64,000 bases of DNA from Trichinella spiralis (lineage: Eukaryota). Shown here one piece after another: positions 23,390 through 34,900 of the stretch. Within the stretch, counting starts at the first letter, position 1; the number at the start of each line of letters is the position of its first letter. Under the pieces are notes generated by a model, which worked only from the letters and a program-made list of their open reading frames with translations, made no database searches and had not been told where the DNA came from. The stretch is taken from positions 1,657,045 through 1,721,044 of the forward strand of contig NW_003526944.1 of the NCBI RefSeq assembly GCF_000181795.1, given 5' to 3'. The position numbers and the translations under genes were made by a program.

Positions 23390-26018
23390 ATGTTTCGGCT
23401 TTTCTTCAACTGGATAATAATCCGAATAATAATCATAGCACAGTTTGACAATCATATTCAGGCCATTTCTTCTTGGTCCTCGGGCATGGATACTTACATG
23501 TCCGAATCTTGGGCCGTTCTGAGTCGCATGCCGCAGCCAAGCTGTGTTGATATTCCGAGAAATTTCACCCTGTGTCATGGAATCGACTATGCCCGTATGC
23601 GTCTTCCCAATCTCGTCGACCACGAAACTCTCGACGAAGCTGTCCAACAAGCTGCCCCTTGGATATCACTGTTACGTCTCAACTGTCATCCGGATACACA
23701 AGTAAAATTTAATATTATTTTTCCATTATTCTGTTTTAATATGTAAAGCACTTTTTATGATGTGTTCATATTTTATTTTATCCTTCTTCAAGCGATTCCT
23801 GTGCTCGCTGTTCGCACCTGTATGCTTAGAACGAGCAATTTATCCATGTCGATCGCTTTGCGAGGCGGTCAAATCAGGATGTGAAAAGAGAATGCAAATG
23901 TACGGCTTTCCCTGGCCAGAAATGCTGAATTGCAATAAATTTCCAATCACCAACGACATGTGCATCCAACCGCACGAAAACTATCAAGGTAGGCTTGACA
24001 ACACGGCAACAATCTTGTGTTGTATTCATCAATAATATTAATAATCATAATCATAATACACTTCGAAGTTGGGTATTTTTTCCCCGTCCATCCATCCCTC
24101 GACCTCGGGTCATGAAAACTGTCATTCAACTGGACAATGATCACAATCCCGCCCAGTGCTGGCCAAATAGCTGACCATTGTCCAGTTGGCGATGACCACC
24201 CGCGGCCGGGTAACGCCTCGGCAAATATCCACGCATAACCTCTCTCTTCCTCGTGTCCTATGGCTTTGACCGTTTCTTTGTTTTTATTTCATTTTTTCAG
24301 TGAACAAATCTTGTACCTCGTGCAATCAAGTTGGAACTTATGAAAATATTTTGGATCACTTTTGCCGGTCTGATTTAGGTAAGTTTGAAAAAAATTAACA
24401 AGTTAAAAATTATCAATTTTTCAATATTGCGTAAATTTTTTAAATGTCTATAAAAGCGATAAAAGTCACTATAAATTCATACAAAATATTCACCGATAAA
24501 GATTTTTGTAATATAAAAAAATTCAAGTACTATGAATAAATCTGATGATGAGTTAGGATTATGCAAAAACAAAAAATTGCATTAGTTTGAAAACTGGCAG
24601 ATAATAGTAACAGTCGTTCTTTTATTTTTTTGTGAATAAAGAAAAATGCAATTTTCAGAGTTTTTCTCAACATGTTGGAGGGTGAATTTTTCAAAACTTG
24701 CATACATTGAACCCTACTGTTATGCGATGATGTTAGAAGAAGCTTTGTACCAAGAGTTAAGCTGCTTTTGGAAACTAGAGAAATATCAATTTGAAAATCA
24801 TTTTTTCTGAAACTTTGTCTGGCCAAGGAAACCGGCGGGCACTATCAAAGTTCGTCTACTAAAATTTCAAAAAGTGCCGCCGCTTTTTAAACTAGGCTAG
24901 GCTAGCTTTTTATTTATTCATTTTGTTTTTTTTTACATTAAAAAAATGTAGCTTGAGGGATGGCCAGATTTATTCGATTTTAGAAACAGTATCCGTTCGG
25001 TGGTTGAGTTTTGAAAGAAAAAGCATCGAAAAGCCGATAGCAAGAACATCACAAAATGCCGACAAGCGGCTTGTCATTTTGAACAGCTTTTAACCGATGA
25101 GAGCAGAACCAGATGCGACAACTTTTTAAATATAGTACCGCAACTTCTAAGATGTGGGCGGGGTCTACATTCTGGTCAAATAATAAATCAGACAAAAATC
25201 TTTTTATATATTTCTGTGCGATAAAAATAGCTTTTAAACTGTTCAGTTATGGTGATTGAAATATTATTTGAAAGTACTGTTTAAGCTGCTTAACGTTTTT
25301 AAATTTGCGAGCATACATTTGCCTGTTGGGAAAACATTGATGAAGTATTGCAGGAAAATGCTCTTATCAAAATTTATATTTTTTCTTCTTCACTTAAATC
25401 CGCTCAAAATAGCATTTGATAATGATTGTCAAATAGAAGTGTATATTTTAGAGCAATCTTTGAACATTTCATTATCTACTTGTAAAAACAAATTTGAAAT
25501 TATGCTAATATGATCAATAATAATTAGTACAATTAAGGAATGATATTTCATTTTTAGTATTAAAAGTCAAGCTGAAATCAGTGAGCAGCAATCACATCGT
25601 AGTTCAAAAAGCCCGTTCAATTAAGCCCCGTGAAACTGAAGCAAATTTGCGTCAAAATGACGTCGAATTGAAACTTCAGTTGACAGAAAACAACGAAAAT
25701 TGTCCATGTTCATCAGCTAAAGCGCACCGTAACAAACGTTACTTAGCTATGGCATATCATGGTCGAAATGGTGTACTTGTGTTGAATTTGTTACTTCCTT
25801 GGAGAAAAGAGAAAGTTAGAATTTAAATAATTATAATTGAAATATTAATAATATATTATTATTGTTATTATTTTTGAAGCAATTCAAGAAAGCGTTGAAG
25901 ATGTTTCGCAAGTTGGACTGTAAAACGTTGGGTACACAAATTCGAGAACGTGCTAGACGAGAACGACGGAAAAAGCTGCGCGCAAAAGCAAAGGCAGCCG
26001 CGGCTCGCCTTGGATTGA
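23390..26018 (+). CDS. sfrp-1: Secreted frizzled-related protein (Fz-CRD + NTR domain), 5 exons
   Basis: Exons 23390-23701, 23793-23988, 24301-24378, 25558-25814 and 25880-26018. Hydrophobic N-terminus; CRD (CVDIP..TLCHGIDYARMRLPNLVDHET..CHPDTQRFLCSLFAPVC..YPCRSLCEAV..GFPWP); NTR domain (CTSCNQ..LDHFCRSD, CPC, LLPW, LDC); no TM segment. Confidence 0.92.
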
Positions 26019-26984
26019 AGATGCCAAATCCACGGTGAACTTGTAGTGTAGATTATCATTTATCATCAACTACGTCAACTTTTTCCCCAGTATATTTTTA
26101 AAAATGAAAAAAAAATTTTCCCTTTGTTAATTTAAAAAGCAAAAATTTCACCCTTCGGTTTATTTAAAGTTTTTCAGTATTATTACAATAACATGTCCTT
26201 TTTTGTCAGTGCGTGATTTGAAACAGTTTGATGATAAGCAATAAAATATTAGTAATACTTGCATTCTACAGTGAAAATTTGAACTTGATTTTCAGTTCAA
26301 ACAAACAGTGCAAAGTTTAAAAGTTTTGAAGCTTTCATTCTAACATAATTGATGGAATAATTGAATCTGTATTCCATTTTTTAAAGAAGATGAGCGTAGA
26401 AATTGAACTTCTTAAATTTTAAACTTCCTAATAATAATAATAATGAAGTCGCGTTTCGTTGTGCACGATTCAACATCTTTGAATAATTTTGACTGTGTTG
26501 AAAGTGATAAGATTTTCATTTTAAACACTTTAAAAGTACGAAAATTTAAATATAATAGAAGTACACATATACGACAGACAATTCGAAATGAAAATCAAAA
26601 CCTTACCTTCCAGATTTCTTATAAAGCATAACTTCAGTGTTTGTCAACTCTTTCTAGACACATTCAACTTGCAAAATAGATAATACGCTCAGTGAATCTA
26701 AAACATTCTAATTTATCTCTAGTCCTATTATTTGCATAACGCGAATTTCAGGTTTGTTCAGAGAATTGACAACACTTTGCTAATTACAATCGTTATGTTA
26801 ATTTTTGTTCTGTTGCCTGCCATACATTTTGTTATTTATCAGTTAATTTCCATTTTTTAAATATAAGACATTTTTAATTTCATTTAGCGTTCAAAAATAT
26901 CCAACGTATTATTATTAAGTAAAATTTATTTATAAAACAAATTATGATACATTCGTAAATGAAGGCATTCTTTAACATTACTTT

Positions 26985-27747
26985 TTATAATTCCTTTTGA
27001 ACTTCAGCTTTGCCCGGATAACTTTTCCCTTCAATCGTAACTTCAGCACAACGATCTTGCTTGATTAAAAAATCTTTCGCGTCCCATGCCTGTGCACCAT
27101 CTTTAAACATGAAAATGGCACGATTGTGATCAATAGTAAAGCTGAAAAATATTCAGCATGTAAATTTTCTTGTAATGTGACCTTATTCGAAATTTTAGCT
27201 ACACACCGTTGCACTTCAATGTGATTGTTGAACAGGCTAGTTTGCCACAGTAGAGTTATATCATCCAACTCTTTTGGTGACGGTTCTCCAGAAACTGTGA
27301 CAAAAATCATCAAAGTTTTACGCTTTTTCATTGCCTTTGCCATCTCCTCCATGTCTTTAAATTGACTAGGATCAAAAGAAGCGGATGGTTTGCGTTTCCA
27401 TTCTGGCAGTTCATCTTCTTCTAATGGATCATCACCTTGCTGAAAAAATTAACATTATAAATAGGAAAACTTATAATTCTTTTTTCTAGTGGAAACATTT
27501 CGTCATTAATACTTCGTTTTGGAGGAATTTTAATGTTTACATCTGTAAATCAAATAAAATTTATACAGATATGTTTAGCAATTTTACGTAAACATTCAAT
27601 GCTCCATACTTCCCATTGATCGTACAAATCTTCAAGATCAGCTTCGTTATAGTCAATCAAACTTTTCTTCTTTTTAGCATTTGAGTTTTGCAGAGTAACA
27701 AAAGCGAAGGATAGAATAATGCAGATCAACATGCATGAGCGTAGCAT
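26985..27747 (-). CDS. MESD: MESD/boca LDL-receptor-family ER chaperone, copy 1, 3 exons
   Basis: Exons 27747-27610, 27439-27207 and 27141-26985. Signal peptide, DYNEADLEDLYDQWE, DDPLEEDELP, KTLMIFVTVSG, LWQTSLFNNHI, RAIFMFKDGAQAWDAKDFL, EVTIEG and a C-terminal QKEL ER-retention signal. Confidence 0.93.
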
Positions 27748-28685
27748 TTATGCGGCGGTATAAATAATAACACAACTACACTTTTCTTTAAATTAAAAGA
27801 TTTGTAAAAATTCCAAAGAAGTCAGTGTTAAAGAAAAACGATTTTCAAATGTTACATAAAATATTTGAGTGTGTTACTGTACACTGTATGCACAGTCTCT
27901 GTTACAATTATTCACGAGAATCTTGATATTTAAATTAATAACTGCAAAATCGTTTTAGGTAAATTTAACAACTAAATAAGCAATAACATTATTATTTTTC
28001 AATTATAGCGAAAATAAATAAAGGAACTGAAACTGAACAGTTAAAATCTCTTTCAAATAAGAAAAAGCAAGTATTAATTTTGCTTTTCCACATCTAACAA
28101 CTCTTGTTAAAAATTAGTGCGCTTAATTTTTACAGAAGTTTTAATTTTCAAAGCACAAGTTATTTTAAAGTTTAATTAAATAACTTATAAATAAAATGTA
28201 TCTTAAGTAAAAAACTTAATATGAATAAAATGCCAAAAATTATTGTTTAATAATAAAATACTAAATAAAATAGACAAAATGTAAACCTAAGAAAAACTTA
28301 AACTTGATTAATGTTTACTGTAATGCTTAAATGCTAGCTGAATATATTTGCAAAATTGCATTATTAAAGATTTTTTGTCATAATTTAATCTTTACCTGTA
28401 CAAATGATGCTTTTTCAATTAAAAGATAGTATTTATAACTGCATTATGATATTGCCATTTAGTTGTCATTCATCATTATTTTAAATACTGTTTGACTTGT
28501 TTTCCTTTTTATTTTGCAAATTTGTATTTTATAAAATTGCAGTTCAGTTAGATTAGTTTCAAATTGTGAAAAATAGCAAATAAATTTGCTTTCTTATTAT
28601 TTACACGAATATTTTTCAAAAGAAAAAAAAGGCAAACCTTGAAGTTTCAACTTGTTGTTATAGGCAAAAGTGGTTTATTAGAGAA

Positions 28686-30503
28686 ATGAAGGATGTTGTT
28701 TTTGAAGATGTATTTCCATCTGAGGAAGAATTAAGTAGTCCTGCTAAGAGTATTTGTCCAGTTTGTCAGACATCATTTAAAAATTGGCAAAGTTTGAACG
28801 CACACAGATTACGAAATCATGCGGCTTCGAAATCTGGCGGTGATAGCAGTTATCATCGTTATTTTTGTCCTCGTGAAAAATGCAAATATTCTAAAATAGC
28901 CAAGAAAGTTTGGTTCAAATCCATGAAGTTACTGAAGCAGCATTTTCAGAAAGTTCATATGGCCAAGTTGTTGGTTTGCTCTGTTTGCAAAGATCGTCGG
29001 TTCAGTTTGCTGCGTGATTTGCAATTTCATGAAAAGGTGTGCTTGAAGAACTTGATTGAAAACGTTTCAACTATGGATATGCGAATGGATAACCAATCAG
29101 AAAAAGATAAATCGATGTAAGTGGCTGATCTACTTTAATTTATCAATTTGAACTATAAATTATATTTTGCAATTTAAATTTGTTAAATTCAACTATAGTG
29201 AATAATTTTTAAAAAATTTTTTAAATAATTAAATTTAAAAAATAATTGTTTGATTCCATAACGAATAAGTTATTGTCAGCGCTCTCCGATGACGAAAGCT
29301 GTCAGAGAAAGCTCTTTCCTGTTTGTCAAATTATGAGACTTATGTTGTAATTTGCATTTTTAAGTTAAAAGATTGTGGCATGATATTTATACAGTTTATT
29401 TTGATCAGAAAATGTTAGTGATGTATTTTCTTTATTCAGTTGCGATTTTCATTGTATTTGTTCTATTATTTTGTCGTTTATAATGACAAATTTCTTATTT
29501 AATTTTTTAGAGGTCATAATTTTTGAAATGTTTTTAATAAATTTAAACAAACTGTTCCAATTTATTTATTATTATTAATGTGACGTTTTCTTCTTCCTAG
29601 TTATTCATCTTTTCATAACCCAGTAACCTCATCGTTTGTTCATTTTCTGTTTGCATGGCTAACAGTTATTGAAAATGCGGTTGTCGACATTTGTTTATTT
29701 CTTTATTATTTGCACCTGTTCAACTGCTTGTCTAGCTAGCGTATTTGTTTCTCAGTCATTAGCTCTTTCATAGTTATTGTTAATTGCAACTACAGTTGAC
29801 GTTGCACTTGAGAACTGTCTGCGATGCTGCTTGAACGTTTTTCGATTCTTGTTCTCTTGGTAAAGATATTTTTTGTACTTTTTAATTTTAATTAATTAAT
29901 TTTTTAAATATTTTCAAAAAACAATTCCCAGGAACCCATCGTCGTTATGCAAATTTACTTTTCGGGGGTCGAGATTTAGAATTTTATTTTTGTTTGAGCG
30001 CGACCAGCATGGCGCCGACGGTTTATGTCTTGATGCCGGCCTGCAAGCCGGCTAAAGTCGACGCTGAAACACAGACCGATTTCACAGTGGACAACAAAGA
30101 TATTCAGTGTGAAGTTACGGAAAAGTACAGTTGGCCGTCTGAAGGAGCTGGCATGTCGCATTCTGGGCAGCGTAATCCATTTGAATTGGACTCTTTGGAT
30201 TTCGGTTGTCAGGCGGTCGCTTGTTCGCACGAAAGCCATCAAGATTCACTGTTGATGAATAATTTTTGCCAGACAACTTCGTTTGTGGCCGATGCGTCTG
30301 TGGATGCAAATTTGCCTTTGTTGAATGCTGAAGATCACCACCAGCCGCCGCCGGATCCACTGTTGACCAAATGGTTTTTCGAAGATGAAGCGGAAGAAAT
30401 TAGTGGCACGGTTTTCAACGACATTGAAACCCAAACGGAAATTGATTTGGACGCGCTCATGCGATCTGACTGTATTTCAGATTATTTTATGGGTTCCAAT
30501 TAG
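28686..30503 (+). CDS. ATMIN: ATMIN/ASCIZ-like zinc-finger protein with TQT (dynein light chain LC8-binding) motifs
   Basis: Exon 1 (28686-29116) encodes three zinc fingers, including YFCP..C...F..MKLLKQHFQKVH and a C2HC third finger. The last exon (probably 29999-30503, GAG acceptor, phase 2) encodes DAETQT, NFCQT and NDIETQTE in acidic disordered sequence. The exon junction is inferred. Confidence 0.75.
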
Positions 30504-30633
30504 AGAAAATTGGATAAATTTCTTTCTTCTATATTATTATTCTTATTTAAAAGTTATATATGTATATAATATACATACGATATGTATATATATGTACACG
30601 ACAAGCACGTTTTGGGAAATTTGTTTGTAGCTT

Positions 30634-31298
30634 ATGCTGGTGTTTTGCTTGACTAACACGACAGCGGTTGAAGTCGAAGAAATGCCGGCTGATCATCCTC
30701 AAGTTTACACCATGAAACCACCAGTGAATAAGCATCCACGCGACTACACTGAGGCTGACTTGCAAGGATTGTTTGATCAGTGGGAGGTGAAGTTTAAAAA
30801 AGAAATAAATTATTATTTTTCTATCAATAAATAACTGATTTCAGGCGAACGACGATCCTCTGGATCCGGATGAAATTGAAGGTTGGCGTAAACCACCTCC
30901 GCTAGATTTGAACTTGCTCAAAGTGCATACTTCGGAACAAGCTTCGCGTATTATCAAGAAAGATCGTGAAATGAAACTGTTTGTCAAATTTGATCCCAAG
31001 ATGTCACGCGCCGAAATTGACGACCTCACAAATATATGGTTAATGCGCTTTTTCAACAATCACATCGTCAGCAAAAGGTATTGGATGTTTGAAATTCTTG
31101 TTTTATTGATCATATTTTTATAGGCGGTTTTCACAAGAAAAAGAGGTCGAATTTCTGTTCATCGAAGGATCTCAAGCTTGGGATGCGTATCATTTTGTCA
31201 TGGATCAAGACGAAGTTTACGAAGTGATGCTCGAAGGCAATAAATATAAAGGCAAAGCACAGTTGCGTACGGAAAATAAGACAAAAACTGAACTTTGA
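30634..31298 (+). CDS. MESD: MESD-like chaperone, divergent copy 2, 3 exons
   Basis: Exons 30634-30786, 30845-31077 and 31124-31298. Motifs DYTEADLQGLFDQWE, DDPLDPDE, FNNHI, EGSQAWDA, EVMLEG and C-terminal KTEL. The start is uncertain (see findings). Confidence 0.85.
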
Positions 31299-31905
31299 AT
31301 TCATTTGACGAATATTTATTAACTCTCCTTTTATCAGTGTTATGTGAATTGCTGTTGCTTGATTTTTGTTTCTTTCTTTATTCTCGAAATGCAGTTGTTA
31401 TTTCTGAAATAAAAGTTTTTTTACAAAAGAAAGTTATTGACAAATGGTTATCACGCTTTTTGAAAATAAGTTCTATACAATGGATGAGAAGCCACTTTTC
31501 ATACCACTTACTATACGTCATATTACTACGGTGAATTTTAAAAATTACTAAGATCAACAAAGTCAAATTTACTTTCAATTTGTAATTAGAATTATTTGAA
31601 TTTTCTCATTTTCTATTCAAATTTTATACATTCAAAAAGAAATATCAATTACGACTAGTTACTGTATTGAATTACAGTAACTATTACGCATCATATACAT
31701 GACATAATCATAACTGAAATAGCTCTGAAAAAGGAAAAGATTTATTTTCCAGTTAAAAAATTTTATAATTATTATTTTCAATCACATTCTACGGGAGAAA
31801 TTTTATAGAATGTATTAGATTGTTCTTGTGTGTCAATAATACTATCGTCGATTTGGTGTTCTACGGAATAGCAGTTAACTTTTGAAAGATTCACTTCAAT
31901 TGATA

Positions 31906-34900
31906 ATGGTCGACATAACTACTGCAGGTACTTTAATAGAATAATTTTTATTTAAAAGTGATGCTTAACACTAGTGTTATTTTAGGAGGATTTACATCAT
32001 TGTTAGATGAACAGTCGGTAGCATTGCAGGTTTATGCGTTGGAAAATCTCGACAATTTGGTTCCAAGTTTTTGGCATGAAATTGCCGATTGTGTTTCACG
32101 TATAGAAGAATTATACGAGGATGAAAATTTTCCTTCGCGTAAACTGGCTGCTTTGTTAGCTTCCAAAGTATGCGTTAGTTTCATTTCAAAGTGATTTTTT
32201 CTATATTTATTTTTCCAGGTGTACTATTACTTGGGAATATACAAAGAAGCGTTGAAATATGCGCTGTACGCTGAAGAACTTTTTGACGTCAAGATCCATT
32301 CAGAATATTCAGAAACTATCGTTGGTAACTTTTGGTTGCTTGATTTTAAGTCGTATTTGTATTTTAAGCATTTTAATTTTTTAATATTATTCTAGCAATT
32401 GCCATTGATGAATACATCAAATTACGAAATGTTGAAAAGCAATCCGAGAAAGTTGGACAGGATTGGCGAAAGAACAACTATGATAGAGATAAAGTTGAAG
32501 AAAGGAGAGCAAGAATTATGAAACAAAAAATTAAAGAAAATAGAAATAAAAAGAAATTAAATATAAAAAAAGAAGAACCAGAAAAGCCGAAGAATGATGA
32601 AGAAGAGGATCGAAAAAATATTGAAGCAGCTTTAGACAAAGATTGTGAAAGCGAAGCAATAACGGATCCCAGATTGGAAGCGGTTATCAATCGCATGTTT
32701 GATCGGTGCTTTGCTGAATGTGAATTTAAGCAGGTGAGTTTTTTTCCATAATTATATGTAGGTTGTTTAATTTTTCATTTGTAAAATTAAATTTACAAAT
32801 GATATATTTCTTGGTTAGATAGTTGGAATAGCGTTAGAAACTCGTCGCATCGACATGCTGAACAAGGCATTGATTGAATCGGTAAGGAGGTTATTATTTG
32901 AAAATTTGATACGGTTTTCATTTTTCAAATTATTTTAGGAAGATACTGTTGAACTTGCAGCTTATTGTGCAAAGTGCGCTGTTCAGTTTGTCCAGAATCG
33001 AACGTACCGTAATGAAGTTTTCCACCATCTTGTGGAATTGTGTTCATCCAGTCCTCTGCTTGATTACAATACGTTATGTCAAGTAATGAAATTGAAAAAA
33101 TTTTCAAATTAAAATATTTAATTTTTAAAATTTGTCCAGTGTCTTTTGTATTTGGAAAATCCACAACAAGCGGTGGATTGTTTGAAGAAGATGCTCGTTG
33201 GATCGAAAGTATGGCAAGCTGTTCAAGGACTGTAAAGAGAATTTAGTAAAATTAAACTGAAACTATTTTAAGGAATCTGTTTTGGCTGCTTATCAAATAG
33301 CATTTGATTTGTTCGATTCTGCTTCTCAGCAATATTTAACCGGTATGCTGAAATGCATTTCACCTTCTGAAGTGGAGGAGAAGAGCGACGAAACAAATGT
33401 GGAAAATTCTGATTCAAAGAATAAAGTAAGAGATTGAAAATTCACCTTTTTTTAAACGATTAATCGTGTGATACTTTTAACGTGTTTTATTTTACTTCAG
33501 GGGTGAATATTTTGTTGTTTTTTTAAAATTATTCATGTAGTTGTGATTTTCAATTTTATAGACGAAAGAGGAGAAAGAGAAGAGTGAAGAAGAGTTGAAG
33601 CTTGAACCGTTGAGACGCATTTTGTCTGGAGAATTGACAATTTTTACCCATATGCAATTTCTTATTAAAAACAACCGTGCGGATTTGCAAATTTTGAAAA
33701 ATATCAAAGATACTGTGCGCAGTAGCGTTTGCCACACTGCTACTGTCATTGCTAATGGCATCATGTATTGTGGGACTACTTGCGATGATTTTTTGAGGTA
33801 TTTGTATAATAGAATTGTTAATTTGTAATTAAATTTTTTTTCATTTTTAGAAATAATGTCGATTGGGTCAGCAAAGCAAATAATTGGTCCAAATTTTCCG
33901 CGGTTGCCAGTTTAGGGGTGATACACAAGGGTCACGAAACCGAAGCGACTCGTCTGTTGGAATCATATTTACCAAAAGATGTAGTCAGTGCCACTTCCAG
34001 TGGATATCTGGAAGCTGGTGGCTTTTACGCGTTGGGCTTGATTCACGCAGGTCATGGAAACGAAACACTGTTTGCACGTTTGCAGCGTGAATTGAATTCA
34101 ACCAACAACGAAGTACTTCGACATGGCCTTTGTTTAGGCTTTGGCGTCGCAGCACTCGGTTCATTGCGTGCTGGTATGATGAATTTATTTTAGAATGATA
34201 ATTATTAATTTACTGTTGTTCTGTTGATGCTTTTTGAAGATTTGTGCGACGACCTGCGGACTATATTATTTCAAGACGAAGCCGTAGCCGCCGAAGCAGC
34301 CGGCATTGGTATAGGATTGATTTTGGCTGGTTCGTTGGATTACGAGGTTTTCAAAGAAATGTATATGGTAATGTTTTCATTCAAATCATTTTTAATTCAA
34401 TTTAACATTCGAAAATTTATCATCAGTGTGCCACTGATACGCAGCACGAGAAGATTCAACGTGGGATCTGCGTCGGCATTGCGTGCATTGCTTTTGGTCG
34501 AATGGAACAGGCGAACAGTTGGGCGGATGAATTGTTGAAAGATCAAAATCCGATTCTTCGTCGAGCTGGAGTTTACACGTTGGCAATGGCATACTGTGGT
34601 TCAGGCAACACGAACGTCGTCGGTCGTTTGTTGCATCTTTCTGTAAGTGACGTCAACGACGACGTCCGTCGTGCTGCGGTTTCTTCGATCGGCTTTGTCA
34701 TGTCTAGGTATTATGAATAATTCTTTTTTTTATTGTTCTTATTTTTATCTTTCCAGAAATCCAACTGCATGCCCACAGTTGGTATCTTTGTTGATGGAAA
34801 GTTACAATCCAAATTTGCGCTACGGGGCTGCTATCGCGTTGGGTGTGTCTTGCATAGCTAGCGGCTTGCGTGAGGCGATAGCTCTGCTGGAGCCGATGTT

